Source: Candidatus Yanofskybacteria bacterium (GTDB lineage: Bacteria > Patescibacteriota > Minisyncoccia > Minisyncoccales > UBA10102). Taken from it: DNA of 36,758 bases. Both the position numbers and the translations under genes were made by a program. Numbering within the stretch: position 1 is the first letter of the stretch; every line of letters starts with the position of its first letter. The notes below the pieces were generated by a model that was given only the letters and a program-made list of their open reading frames with translations, did no database searches and was not told where the DNA came from. Where the stretch lies: NCBI GenBank assembly GCA_030688685.1, contig JAUYJF010000002.1:1-36758 (forward strand), in the 5' to 3' direction. Below, piece after piece: positions 1 to 12,336 of this stretch.

Positions 1-2180
<2,180 letters not shown>

Positions 2181-2264
2181 TGGAGGGCTGGCAATTTGTG
2201 CCCGTTACTTCACTGTTCGCATACCAACTATTTGAGATACCAAACAAGCACAGAAAGAGCGTTT

Positions 2265-2375
2265 AGATGGCGGCTATACCAGGAGTGCTCCACCCGTTCC
2301 CATTCCGAACACGGAAGTGAAATCTCCTCAGGCCGATGGTAGTCCGAAAGGGCAAGAGTAGGTAGCCGCCGTCTA
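2265..2375 (+). rRNA. rrf: 5S rRNA (ends approximate)
   Basis: CCCGTTCCCATTCCGAACACGGAAGTGAA, GCCGATGGTAG and GAGTAGGT motifs; terminal helix AGATGGCGGC/GCCGCCGTCT. Confidence 0.95.
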
Positions 2376-2383
2376 AGCGCTCT

Positions 2384-2412
2384 TTGCGTATGCGGGAACT
2401 TATCCGTATAAT
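2384..2412 (+). promoter_or_regulatory. Sigma70-like promoter for mreC
   Basis: TTGCGT-17 nt-TATAAT, 9 nt before the mreC ATG. Confidence 0.6.
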
Positions 2413-2421
2413 GGTTTCAGG

Positions 2422-3204
2422 ATGAAACAGATTCAAACGCAGCGCAGAATAACCTTTTTCGTTCTGATTCTGCTTCTCGCGCTGCTCGCTTCAAATCTTA
2501 TTTCGGATTCTTTCCGCGCAACCGTGTTGCAGGTTTTTTCTCCCATGCAGTCTATCGCATGGAATATGGGAAAAACTGTAAGCGGCGTTTTTCCTTTTCC
2601 GGATGTTTCTCAACAGAATGAGATGCTGCAGCAAGAGAATCTCGAACTTCGCTTTGAAAATACCGCCCTTCAAAATGCTCTTTTGGAAAATGAGGAGCTC
2701 AAGAACGCGCTCCAGCTTCAAGAAGAGAGCGAATTTTCTTTGGCTGCGGGAAGAATTGTTGGCAAATCAATAGGGGAGGACCGAATACTGGTGCGAATGG
2801 GGCCGGATGTTGATGTGCGCCAGCGCATGCCCGTGGTGACAGCCCAAGGAGTCGCGGTAGGCACTGTTGGCCGTGTTTTAGGCTCTATGATTGAAATACT
2901 CTTGCTTTCACACCCTGACTCCTCCGTGGACGCGAAGGTCTCTGGCGGGCGCGGCATCATACGGGGAGAAGGGCGATTTCAAATAACTCTGCATCTTTTG
3001 CCTCGCGAGATTGCTCTGCAGGCAGGAGACACGGTTGCTACAAGTATAGGAGGAGGCCTCTTTCCTGATAATTATCTCATTGGGACTGTTTCAGCCGTGG
3101 AGAAAAAGGACACAGAACCTTTTCAAAAGGCATTCCTTTCTCCATTTTTTTCTTTAGAATCAAGCGAGATTGTGTTTGTGATCACAAATTTCCTTTCCCC
3201 ATGA
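2422..3204 (+). CDS. mreC: Rod shape-determining protein MreC
   Basis: N-terminal TM, coiled coil (ENEELKNAL), GDTVATSIGGGLFP..IGTV and FQKA motifs; upstream of mreD and mrdA. Confidence 0.92.
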   Translation: MKQIQTQRRITFFVLILLLALLASNLISDSFRATVLQVFSPMQSIAWNMGKTVSGVFPFPDVSQQNEMLQQENLELRFENTALQNALLENEELKNALQLQEESEFSLAAGRIVGKSIGEDRILVRMGPDVDVRQRMPVVTAQGVAVGTVGRVLGSMIEILLLSHPDSSVDAKVSGGRGIIRGEGRFQITLHLLPREIALQAGDTVATSIGGGLFPDNYLIGTVSAVEKKDTEPFQKAFLSPFFSLESSEIVFVITNFLSP

Positions 3205-3503
3205 AAATGTTTTTTCTTAATAGCGTTCTCTTTTCTTTTTTGACGCTTATTCAGGTAAGCGTCCTGCCGCATGTGGGTATATGGTGGAGCGTGCCAAATC
3301 TTATCCTCCTGGCTGTGACCCTTATTAATTTGTTGGAACCGGGCGATTCTTCGTTTGGGATTGTTGCCGCCTTTGTCGGAGGCTTGTTTTGGGATATTTT
3401 TTCATTCCAGCTCTTGGGATTGGGAGCCAGTACGCTTGTGATAGTCGCCTTGCTTATTAAGATAGGAAAACAAAGCTATGTCCGCATTCCGCTTCTTTCA
3501 TAA
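3201..3503 (+). CDS. mreD: MreD-like membrane protein (short, 100 aa)
   Basis: PNLIL and AFVGGLFWD motifs, hydrophobic, ATGA overlap with mreC. Confidence 0.75.
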   Translation: MKMFFLNSVLFSFLTLIQVSVLPHVGIWWSVPNLILLAVTLINLLEPGDSSFGIVAAFVGGLFWDIFSFQLLGLGASTLVIVALLIKIGKQSYVRIPLLS

Positions 3504-5403
3504 CAAGCGGCAATTTCGTGTTGCCCGGGAGTTTTCTGAAATTGAGCCCCAAGAGGTGCTTTTGGATAAGTTGGCTCGCGATCGGGAGTCCCAGGAACTT
3601 GGGGAAAAACGTCTGGAGGTTCCTCTGTCTCAGAGTATTCTCAGGGCGGTATATGGCACTTTTGTCCTCATCGCAATTCTTTTTCTTGGTAAGTCATTTC
3701 TTCTGCAGGTTGCCGCGCATGAGGAAATGGCTGCGGCAGCCGCCAGGAATACGCTGCGTTCAATTCCGGTGTTCGCGGATCGCGGGGTCATCTATGACCG
3801 ATACGGAGTACAACTCGCGTTCAATGGAGCAAGTTTTGATCTCTTGTGCGACAGGCGCGATATCCCCGCTTCTCTCAATATCCGGGAACGGCTCCTGGAA
3901 ATTCTCTTAGAAATAAGCGGATCTCATGCCACAGAGATTCAAAAAGTGTTTGAAGAAGGAATATCACCTCAAGTTGTTATTCAGAAAAATCTTACGCATG
4001 AGCAGCTTCTTCTTTGGGAGACAAGGAAAACTGAAGGAGAGGGGTGTCAGGTGCAGGAGAATATTGCACGAGTATACAAAGACGGCTCTCTCTTTGCTCA
4101 TCTCATTGGATACACCGCGAATATTTCCGCGCAAGAGTTTAAGGACAGAACTGATTACTTTGTCCAGGAGAATATCGGCAAGATGGGGGTTGAGAGATCG
4201 TATCAGGATGAGCTGCGCGGCAGACATGGAAAGATTGTTATGGAAAAAGATTCATTTGGAAATCTGGTCCAAGAGCACGGAAGAGTGGATGCTCTGCCAG
4301 GAAGGAGTATACAGCTCTGGGCTGACGCAGGCCTCCAGCGCGCGCTTGCTGAGTCCATGCAAACAGCGCTTGCGAAGATCGGAGTGCGGAAGGGAGCAGC
4401 CGTAGCCCTTGATCCAAGAAATGGGGGAGTGCTTGCTCTGGTAAGTTTCCCTTCCTTTGACAGTAATCTGTTTTCACAGCCTATATCAGTGAATGACTGG
4501 AACTCCATATCGCAGGATCCTGACCGTCCCTTATTCAATCGCGCGATCGCAGGATCAGGATACCCAAGCGGTTCTGTGATAAAGCCGCTCATTGGTCTGG
4601 CAGCTTTGCAGGAGGGAATCATCAGTGCGAACACGGCTCTGGAGACGCCTTTGTCCCTGTGCGTGCAGAATATATATACAGGAGAAGACGAGTGCTTTGC
4701 GGACTGGACGTTTCACCCGGGAAGAAACGATGTAAAGAGATCTCTTGCTGAATCCATTAACCCTTTTTTCTACAAGATCGGAGGAGGACACAAAGAGTTT
4801 CAGGGTTTGGGCGCGGCAAAAATCAAAGAGTACTTGGAACTTTTTGGATGGGGAGAAAGAACCGGCATTGATATCCCGAACGAGGGAGGTGGAGTGCTCC
4901 CCCTTCTGGGCCCAAACTGGCGCCTTGGAGATACGTATCACCTTTCCATTGGGCAAGGACCATTTGCGGTAACGCCGCTTCAAGTTGCCACAGCATTCGC
5001 TGCCATTGCCAATGGGGGAACGCTCTTTGAGCCCCAAGTTGTGCGTACGATATTTGATGACTCTCTGAGCGAGACACAGGAACCGAAAATTCTCAAAGAA
5101 GGGTTTCTGGACGCAGAAAATGGGAGGGTCATTCGCGAAGGAATGCGCCAGACGGTGATCAATGGGACAGCGACCGGTTTTCTGGACAGGATACCAGCTG
5201 CTGTCGCGGTCAAGACGGGATCTGCCCAAACAGGAAGGATTCACGCTGACGGACAGGAGATGCTCCATAGCTGGATTGCGGGCTTTGCTCCTTACGAGAA
5301 CCCTGAAATCGTGCTTGTTGTTATCGTGGAGGATACGAAAGTCCGCCAGCCTGCGGCCTTGGAGGTTGCGCGAGACGTCTTTCAATGGTACTTTAGCAGA
5401 TAG
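3478..5403 (+). CDS. mrdA: Penicillin-binding protein 2 (class B)
   Basis: RGVIYDR, GKMGVERSY, SxxK (GSVIKP), SxN (SIN) and KTG motifs; mreCD context. Confidence 0.93.
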   Translation: MSAFRFFHNKRQFRVAREFSEIEPQEVLLDKLARDRESQELGEKRLEVPLSQSILRAVYGTFVLIAILFLGKSFLLQVAAHEEMAAAAARNTLRSIPVFADRGVIYDRYGVQLAFNGASFDLLCDRRDIPASLNIRERLLEILLEISGSHATEIQKVFEEGISPQVVIQKNLTHEQLLLWETRKTEGEGCQVQENIARVYKDGSLFAHLIGYTANISAQEFKDRTDYFVQENIGKMGVERSYQDELRGRHGKIVMEKDSFGNLVQEHGRVDALPGRSIQLWADAGLQRALAESMQTALAKIGVRKGAAVALDPRNGGVLALVSFPSFDSNLFSQPISVNDWNSISQDPDRPLFNRAIAGSGYPSGSVIKPLIGLAALQEGIISANTALETPLSLCVQNIYTGEDECFADWTFHPGRNDVKRSLAESINPFFYKIGGGHKEFQGLGAAKIKEYLELFGWGERTGIDIPNEGGGVLPLLGPNWRLGDTYHLSIGQGPFAVTPLQVATAFAAIANGGTLFEPQVVRTIFDDSLSETQEPKILKEGFLDAENGRVIREGMRQTVINGTATGFLDRIPAAVAVKTGSAQTGRIHADGQEMLHSWIAGFAPYENPEIVLVVIVEDTKVRQPAALEVARDVFQWYFSR

Positions 5404-5410
5404 ACAGTGT

Positions 5411-5866
5411 ATGGAATATATCACAAAGGAGGGCCTGGAAAAGCTGAAGCAGGAGCTTGAGGTCCTGAAAAACGTAAAACGGAGAGAAGTAGCAGCGCGT
5501 CTGCAAAACGCGGCGGCCCAAGGGGACCTGTCGGAGAACTTTGATTACTCGGACGCGAAGGAAGAAATGGAGTTTGTGGAGCGAAGGATCGCCGAGTTAG
5601 AGGCGTTCCTTTTGAGCGCGACAGTTGTTTCTGAGACGCGCACAGGGAATACCGTAGAGGTGGGATCGCGTGTTTCTCTCAATGGGCCAGACGGGTTCTC
5701 TCTCGATATTGTCATCACAGGACCCAGGGAGGCAGATCCTCTCAGTGGGAAAATCTCTTCTGAATCTCCTCTCGGGAACGCGCTTTTGGGAAAGAAGAAG
5801 GGAGACAGCGTTGCGGTGGAGACGCCGGGAGGAAAGGCGGCGTATACGATAAAAGCTATTGAGTAA
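5411..5866 (+). CDS. greA: Transcription elongation factor GreA
   Basis: YITKEG, GDLSEN, ISSESPLGNALLG; start moved to ATG 5411, after the mrdA stop. Confidence 0.95.
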   Translation: MEYITKEGLEKLKQELEVLKNVKRREVAARLQNAAAQGDLSENFDYSDAKEEMEFVERRIAELEAFLLSATVVSETRTGNTVEVGSRVSLNGPDGFSLDIVITGPREADPLSGKISSESPLGNALLGKKKGDSVAVETPGGKAAYTIKAIE

Positions 5867-5873
5867 ATCTCGT

Positions 5874-7343
5874 ATGGCAGGATTTTCGGAAATCAAAAAA
5901 GAACGATTGAAAAAACTGGAGCTTCTTGAAAAAACAGGGCAAGCCTCGTATCCTTCAGATACAAAACGCACGCATACCGCAGAGGAAGCTGTTTCTCAGT
6001 TTTCTCAACTTTCTAAAAGCGAAAAAGAGATAATCCTCGCAGGGCGCATCCGAACGATTCGGGAACACGGAGGATCCACCTTTTTTCATCTGGAAGATGG
6101 AACAGGGATGTTCCAGGCGTATATGAAAAAAGACGGGGTAGGGGAGCAATCGTACCAGCTCTTTTTGGATTGTTTTGATATCGGAGACTTTATCCAGGTT
6201 CGGGGTATTCTCTTTGAAACGAAAAAGGGAGAAAAGACCCTGCAGGTCACAGACTACAGGCTTCTGGCAAAATCTCTTTTGCCTCTTCCCGACAAATGGC
6301 ACGGCCTTCAGGATATGGAAGAAAGGTTTAGAAAACGATATCTTGATTTGATTTTCAACAAAGACGTGAAGGCAATATTCGCCACAAGAGCTGAGATTAC
6401 CAAAGCAATTCGCGGATTTTTAGAGCAAGAAAAGTTTCTTGAGGTGGAAACCCCGGTTTTGCAAACCATGTACGGGGGAGCGGATGCTCAGCCCTTTGTC
6501 ACGCGTATCAATGCTTTTGACATGGATATGTATCTCCGCATTTCCCTGGAGCTTCCGTTAAAGCGCCTCATCGTGGGAGGATTTGAAAAAGTATACGAGC
6601 TGGGACGGGTGTTCCGAAACGAAGGAGTGGACCGTCAGCACAATCCCGATTTTACCATGCTTGAGTTCTACTGGGCGTACGCTGACTATAAGGACATGAT
6701 GCGACTGACTGAGCGCATGTTTGTCTCTGTCTTGCAGCAGGTGTTTGGGAAAACGATAATTTCGTACGAGGGAAAAAAACTGGACTTTACAACCCCATGG
6801 CCGAGGATTGAATACGCGGATCTTTTTTCGCAGTACGCGAAGATTGATATTTCCTCCATGAACCGGGACGCGCTGTTCAAGAAAGCGAAAGAACTGGGGG
6901 CGAATGTGGAGGAAACATTTAGCAAGGCGCGCATTGAAGATGCCATCTATAAGAAAGTAATCCGTCCCAATCTTTGGGACCCTGTGTTTGTGATTCATCA
7001 TCCCGCTGAAATGATGCCCCTGGCAAAGCAATCGGCAAAAGATCCAAAGAAAGCGGAATCCTTTCAGCTTCTTGCTGCTGGCGGATGGGAATTGGTGAAA
7101 GCGTATTCAGAACAAAACGATCCGCAGATTCAAAGAAAAGCATTTGAAGAGCAGGAGGGATTATTCCGGAAGGGGCTGGAGGACGCCCAGCGCATGGACG
7201 CTGATTTTATTGAAGCCTTGGAATATGGTATGCCTCCCACAGCAGGCTTTGGCATGGGTATTGACCGGCTTACGACCCTTCTCACTGATTCTCATTCTCT
7301 CCGGGAGGTTATCCTGTTTCCAACAATGAAGCCGAAAGAATAA
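5874..7343 (+). CDS. lysS: Lysine--tRNA ligase (class II)
   Basis: YGGADAQPF, FRNEG, HNPDFTMLEFY, YGMPPTAGFGMGIDRL; start at ATG 5874. Confidence 0.97.
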   Translation: MAGFSEIKKERLKKLELLEKTGQASYPSDTKRTHTAEEAVSQFSQLSKSEKEIILAGRIRTIREHGGSTFFHLEDGTGMFQAYMKKDGVGEQSYQLFLDCFDIGDFIQVRGILFETKKGEKTLQVTDYRLLAKSLLPLPDKWHGLQDMEERFRKRYLDLIFNKDVKAIFATRAEITKAIRGFLEQEKFLEVETPVLQTMYGGADAQPFVTRINAFDMDMYLRISLELPLKRLIVGGFEKVYELGRVFRNEGVDRQHNPDFTMLEFYWAYADYKDMMRLTERMFVSVLQQVFGKTIISYEGKKLDFTTPWPRIEYADLFSQYAKIDISSMNRDALFKKAKELGANVEETFSKARIEDAIYKKVIRPNLWDPVFVIHHPAEMMPLAKQSAKDPKKAESFQLLAAGGWELVKAYSEQNDPQIQRKAFEEQEGLFRKGLEDAQRMDADFIEALEYGMPPTAGFGMGIDRLTTLLTDSHSLREVILFPTMKPKE

Positions 7344-7346
7344 TCT

Positions 7347-8603
7347 ATGCTGGATATTTCATTTATTCGGGAAAACCCAGAAAAGGTAAAACAAGCGATG
7401 AAAGACCGCGGTGTTGTTGCGGATATCGCCCTGATTCTGGAAACAGACAAGGTATATCGGAATAAATTGCGCGGCGTGGAAGAGCTCAGAGCTGAATTAA
7501 ACGCTCTTTCAAAGAAGATTGCTCAAGTTTCCCAGGATGAGCGCGAGGAGAGCATCAAGGAGGGAAAGCGGGTGAAGGAACAGCTCGCGGTGCGTGAAGA
7601 AGAGGCAAAGGAGCTGGAGAACCATGTGCAGGCGCTTCTGGTACAGCTTCCTAATATTCCGCATGAGGAGGTACCAGCTGGGGGCGAAGAAAACAACCGC
7701 GTTCTTCGACAGATAGGGGAGAAACCAGCATTTGATTTTCCTCCGAAAGATCATCTGACGCTGGGAGAGAAGCTGGGGCTTATTGATATTGAACGGGCGG
7801 CAAAAGTTGCGGGATCACGCTTCGCGTATCTCACGCATGACGCCGTATTGCTTGAATTTGCGCTGGTGCGGTTCGTTCTGGATGCTGCGGTGCGGGAGGG
7901 ATTTGTCCCCATTCTCCCCCCTGTTCTTATTCGTGCTGAAATGATGCAGAAAATGGGGTATGTGGATACTCCTGAGGATCTGGCTGAACGCTACTACCTG
8001 GAGAAAGAAGGCATGTTTCTGGTGGGAACCGCAGAGCAAGCAGTGGGACCAATGCACGCGGGAGAAATATTTCATGAGAAAGAACTTCCCAAGCGCTACG
8101 CCGCTTTTTCTTCGTGCTTCCGCGAAGAAGCGGGCTCCTATGGGAAAGATACAAAGGGAATCTTGCGTGTGCACCAATTTGATAAAGTTGAACTCGTAAG
8201 CTTTGCTCATCCTGAACGATCATGGGAAGAGCATCAATTTTTGCTTCAATTTGAAGAGAAGCTGTGGCAGCAGCTCGGTATACCCTACCAGGTGGTTCAA
8301 CTTGCCGCAGGTGACATGTCGCGGCCGTCTGCTTCCACTCTTGATATTGAAGCTTGGCTTCCGGGACAAGAGAGGTATCGGGAAGTGAGTTCTTGCTCCA
8401 ATACCACGGACTATCAAGCAAGGCGTCTGAATATTCGCTATCGGGGAAAAGAGGGAACTCGTTTTGTGCATATGCTCAATGCTACGGGATTCCCCATTGG
8501 CAGAACAATTATAGCGATTCTGGAGAACTACCAGCAGAAAGACGGATCAATTCGGATTCCTGAGGTTCTCCAAGGATTCATGGGAAAGGAAAGCATTGCA
8601 TAA
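7347..8603 (+). CDS. serS: Serine--tRNA ligase
   Basis: MLDI start, GTAE, FREEAGSYG, RVHQFDKVE, EVSSCSN, LNAT, LENYQ. Confidence 0.97.
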   Translation: MLDISFIRENPEKVKQAMKDRGVVADIALILETDKVYRNKLRGVEELRAELNALSKKIAQVSQDEREESIKEGKRVKEQLAVREEEAKELENHVQALLVQLPNIPHEEVPAGGEENNRVLRQIGEKPAFDFPPKDHLTLGEKLGLIDIERAAKVAGSRFAYLTHDAVLLEFALVRFVLDAAVREGFVPILPPVLIRAEMMQKMGYVDTPEDLAERYYLEKEGMFLVGTAEQAVGPMHAGEIFHEKELPKRYAAFSSCFREEAGSYGKDTKGILRVHQFDKVELVSFAHPERSWEEHQFLLQFEEKLWQQLGIPYQVVQLAAGDMSRPSASTLDIEAWLPGQERYREVSSCSNTTDYQARRLNIRYRGKEGTRFVHMLNATGFPIGRTIIAILENYQQKDGSIRIPEVLQGFMGKESIA

Positions 8604-8607
8604 ACGT

Positions 8608-9384
8608 ATGGAAAAAGCGCAAGAGCAGAAAATCAAGTTGGACGCCAGAACCGCGTTTCTCAAAAGCGCGGGAGAGGGGAGGAACCTCCTTATTATTCAT
8701 GGATGGGGGGGATCCTCTGACTCCTGGGCAAAAGTACAGGAACATCTGGCGGGATCCGGGTTTCGGGTTATTGTTCCGGATATTCCGGGATTTGGCAAAA
8801 CTCCAGCCCCAGAGCAGGTATGGGGTACGGATGAATACGCGGCATGGATTGACGCTCTGGCAGGACAGCTGCATCTGCAGTCATTTGTTCTTCTGGGGCA
8901 TTCCTTTGGAGGGCAAATGGCCATTAAGTACGCGCTCTTGCATCCAGACAAAGTGGAAAAGCTTATTCTGGTTGCTCCCGCCGCCATCAGAACAAAACCC
9001 GGGCTGAAAGAACGGGTCTTAAGTCCGATCGCGAAAGTACTAAAGCTTCTGCTGGAACTCTTTCCGGAGCATCAGAGAGAACGGATCCGCGCGTTTGGAT
9101 ACAAGGTGATACGCCGGCGTGATTATTCAAAAGCGAAAGGCATTATGCGCAAAGTATTCCAGAAAGTCATCCGGGAGGATTTATCTCCTCGCTTTGCCTA
9201 CCTGCGCCCTGAGACGCTTTTGCTTTGGGGAAAAGAAGACACGCTTACTCCGCTGCGGGAGGCCCATGAACTTGACCAGCGGCTCCCTCACGCGACACTC
9301 AAGGTATTCGCCCAGCATGGGCACAACCTGCATGCGGAGATGCCAGAAGAGCTCTCAAAAGAAATCGTAAAGTTTCTCTCCTAA
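8608..9384 (+). CDS. Alpha/beta fold hydrolase
   Basis: HGWG, PDIPGFG, GHSFGG nucleophile elbow, WGKED, C-terminal GH. Confidence 0.9.
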   Translation: MEKAQEQKIKLDARTAFLKSAGEGRNLLIIHGWGGSSDSWAKVQEHLAGSGFRVIVPDIPGFGKTPAPEQVWGTDEYAAWIDALAGQLHLQSFVLLGHSFGGQMAIKYALLHPDKVEKLILVAPAAIRTKPGLKERVLSPIAKVLKLLLELFPEHQRERIRAFGYKVIRRRDYSKAKGIMRKVFQKVIREDLSPRFAYLRPETLLLWGKEDTLTPLREAHELDQRLPHATLKVFAQHGHNLHAEMPEELSKEIVKFLS

Positions 9385-9386
9385 GA

Positions 9387-10982
9387 ATGGAGCAATTTTT
9401 CCTCGGTTCTCTTTTGGTGTTCTGGCTTATCAGGGCCGCGAAAGCATCCCTGTTCTGGCTGTCTTTGTGGCAGGTCAAATCCTACCAAGTTGGGAGATTC
9501 TTGGATCATTTTCGCACCGCGCAGGGAAAGAAACTGCTTCTGTATCCGCTTCTCGGGGTAAAGGTTATCGGCCTTTCTCTTTTTTTCGCCTTTGATTCCC
9601 CATTCATCCCGTTGCTGTTTTTATTCCTTGTGTATGGGGCAGAAGCAGGGAAAACAGTACTGGATGTCATGGGGAGGAGGATCCGCGTTCCTGTGCTCAC
9701 GAGTAAATCCATTCCGCTGATCGGGATTGCCCTGGGACTCGTGTTTCTTGTTCTTTTCGCAACGCGGGACCCGAGGGTCCTTGTCTTATATGATATTTTT
9801 ATCCCTCTTGTTGTGTTTCTGATCGTATCAGCTCTCCAGCCTTTCAATCTGATTGCGCGTGAGCTTCTGATTCTCCGTCCTGCCAGAAAAAGACGGGCGC
9901 AATTTCCCAACCTCATTACCATCGGCATTACCGGTTCCTACGGGAAGACAACAACCAAAGAAATTCTTTCTCATATTCTTTCCGCAAAGTATGCTGTTCT
10001 GAAAACCCCAGAGCACCTCAATTCTGAGGTGGGAATAGCAAGAACCATCTTGAAAGATCTCAAGCGGGAACACCAGGTGTTTGTATGTGAAATGGGGGCG
10101 TACAAGAAAGGAGAAATTGCCATGTTTTCTAAAATATCCCAACCCACTATGGGAATTGTGACGGGAGTTAATGAGCAGCATTTAGCTACCTTTGGCTCCA
10201 TGAAAAACCTCTTGAGCGGGGAGGGGGGAAAAGAGTTAGTGTCTTCTCTGCCGAATGGGGGAGTGCTTGTAGTGAATGGCAATAACGCGTACGCGAGGGA
10301 TCTTGAAGCTCCCAAGCTGAAGAAGAAAACAGCGGGATTTTCCAGAGCATACGATGTTTGGGCGGAAGGCGTACAACAGCAGAAAACAAGTATTTCTTTT
10401 CTTGCCCATTCCAGAGATGGAGACTCTGCCGCGTTCACCGTGAATCTCCTGGGCGGCCACAACGTGGAAAATATTCTTGTGTCCGCAAGTCTCGCCAAAG
10501 AGCTGGGAATGAGCATGCGAGAGATCGCGGAACGCTGTAAGAGTATCGTGCCTGAACTGGGCGCTTTGAAATTGCGGAAGAGCAGAGAAGGAATGAACGT
10601 GGTGGACTCCACGTATTCTGCGAATCCGGACGGGGTGCGCGCGTCCCTGGAATATCTTGCGGTATGGCCCGGCAAAAAAGCGATTGTCCTGCCTTCTCTT
10701 ATTGAACTGGGGGAGGCTTCTGCGGATGTCCATCAGAATATAGGGGAGAAGATAGGAGAGGTATGCAGCTTGGCAATTGTCACCACAGCTGATCATTTCA
10801 ATGAATTGAAGGCAGGGGCGATCAAGGCAGGAATGACAGAAAAGAGTGTGATCATGAGCGCCAATCCCCAGGCAATTCTTGAGCGCTTAAAAAGCCTGAG
10901 AGGGCCAGAAGATATTATTCTTTTAGAGGGAGGAAAAGAAAGCGCGACGCAGACAGAACTGAAGCGTTTGCTGTTTTCATAA
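9387..10982 (+). CDS. murF: MurF-like Mur ligase with N-terminal transmembrane domain
   Basis: GITGSYGKTTTKE P-loop, CEMGAY, NEQHL, DSTYSANP; about 150 aa hydrophobic N-terminus. Confidence 0.85.
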   Translation: MEQFFLGSLLVFWLIRAAKASLFWLSLWQVKSYQVGRFLDHFRTAQGKKLLLYPLLGVKVIGLSLFFAFDSPFIPLLFLFLVYGAEAGKTVLDVMGRRIRVPVLTSKSIPLIGIALGLVFLVLFATRDPRVLVLYDIFIPLVVFLIVSALQPFNLIARELLILRPARKRRAQFPNLITIGITGSYGKTTTKEILSHILSAKYAVLKTPEHLNSEVGIARTILKDLKREHQVFVCEMGAYKKGEIAMFSKISQPTMGIVTGVNEQHLATFGSMKNLLSGEGGKELVSSLPNGGVLVVNGNNAYARDLEAPKLKKKTAGFSRAYDVWAEGVQQQKTSISFLAHSRDGDSAAFTVNLLGGHNVENILVSASLAKELGMSMREIAERCKSIVPELGALKLRKSREGMNVVDSTYSANPDGVRASLEYLAVWPGKKAIVLPSLIELGEASADVHQNIGEKIGEVCSLAIVTTADHFNELKAGAIKAGMTEKSVIMSANPQAILERLKSLRGPEDIILLEGGKESATQTELKRLLFS

Positions 10983-10986
10983 CGCC

Positions 10987-12240
10987 ATGAATTCGTATCG
11001 TATTCGTCCCATATCCATTTCTCTTTCTCCCAATACTGAGCGGGATGATATTCTGCTTGCTGGAGCATTGCTTTTCCAGCTCTGGCGGTGGAAAAAGGGA
11101 AAAGGAACAGAACTTTTGGAGAAAGAATTCGCAAACCGCGTAGGGATGCGCCACGCCCTCTCTTTTAACAGCGGTAGATCAGCTCTTATGGCGGTTCTTC
11201 ATGCTTTAAACTTTGAAAAGGGAAGCGAGGTGGCATTGCAGGCCTTCACGTGCAACGCGGTTCCTAATCCTGTCCGCTGGTCAGGACTGACGCCTCTCTT
11301 TATTGATTGCGCAAAAGATGATTACAACATGGATGTCCAGGATCTTGAGCGCAAGATTACCCCCCGCACAAAGGCGGTTATCGTGCAGCATACCTTTGGC
11401 ATTCCAGCTGACATGGACGCTATCGCGAAAATATGCGGCGAGAGAAACCTTATTCTCATTGAAGACTGCGCGCACGCTTTGGGAGCAACCTATAAAGGAA
11501 AACCAGTAGGAACAATAGGGGACATCTCTTTCTTTAGTTTTTCGCGGGATAAGGTGATTTCCTCAGTATATGGGGGCATGGTTGCCACAAACAATGAAGC
11601 GTGGGCGGAGCGCGTGAAAGAGTTCCAAGAGCGCGCGGGATACCCGGGGCTCTTCTGGATAAAGCAGCAGCTGCTGCATCCTGTTCTCATGAACACTCTT
11701 GTTCTGCCTTTTTACGGAATCTTTGGAAAGTATATACTGGTGCTCTTTCAGAGTCTTCATCTGTTTTCAAAGGCGGTTCATTGGAAAGAGAAAAAAGGGG
11801 AGAAGCCGGCGTATTTTCCCAAGCGCATGCCCAATGCCCTGGCTGTTCTTGCCCTCCAGCAACTCAAGAAGCTTGAGCGGTTCAACCAGCACAGAAAAGA
11901 GATTGCCGAATTTTATTCGCGGGAGTTACATGATACTCAATACTCAATACCAGATACTAAATACCAAGACGGCAGTATCTTTTTACGTTATCCTGTGCGT
12001 CATGCCCGCGCTCACGAGATTATCCGCAAGGCATGGAAGAAAGGCATACTCTTGGGGGATTGGTACACCACTCCTATAGATCCCCACGACACAAAAGCTG
12101 AATCCTGTGGATATGTTGCTGGTTCGTGTCCTATTGCGGAAGAGCTTTCACAAGAAACGCTCAACCTTCCCACGCACATCCGCATATCCAAAAAAGACGC
12201 GGAGAGGATCATTCAGTTTCTTAGAGCATTCAAAATGTAA
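10987..12240 (+). CDS. DegT/DnrJ/EryC1/StrS-family PLP-dependent aminotransferase
   Basis: NSGRSAL, EDCAH, FSFSRDK (PLP lysine), LNLP. Confidence 0.9.
   Translation: MNSYRIRPISISLSPNTERDDILLAGALLFQLWRWKKGKGTELLEKEFANRVGMRHALSFNSGRSALMAVLHALNFEKGSEVALQAFTCNAVPNPVRWSGLTPLFIDCAKDDYNMDVQDLERKITPRTKAVIVQHTFGIPADMDAIAKICGERNLILIEDCAHALGATYKGKPVGTIGDISFFSFSRDKVISSVYGGMVATNNEAWAERVKEFQERAGYPGLFWIKQQLLHPVLMNTLVLPFYGIFGKYILVLFQSLHLFSKAVHWKEKKGEKPAYFPKRMPNALAVLALQQLKKLERFNQHRKEIAEFYSRELHDTQYSIPDTKYQDGSIFLRYPVRHARAHEIIRKAWKKGILLGDWYTTPIDPHDTKAESCGYVAGSCPIAEELSQETLNLPTHIRISKKDAERIIQFLRAFKM
11926..11967 (+). repeat. Degenerate heptamer tandem repeat inside the aminotransferase CDS
   Basis: TTACATG ATACTCA ATACTCA ATACCAG ATACTAA ATACCAA. 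Confidence 0.75.
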
Positions 12241-12336
12241 TTCGCTTGGATCATGGCGGAGGCATTGAAAAAGTGAGGAAAGTGTGGTACGCATATCCTA
12301 GACACAGCGCTTATTTTGGGATTAGGAGGGTAGGGC

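Noticed and set aside
5162-5410. N-terminal extension of greA in the ORF track
   Set aside because: Overlaps mrdA; the GreA-like sequence begins at ATG 5411
4555-5424. Long alternative-frame ORFs such as 4555..5424, 15814..16698, 25619..26374 and 29784..30611
   Set aside because: They overlap well-supported genes and have no motifs or expression signals
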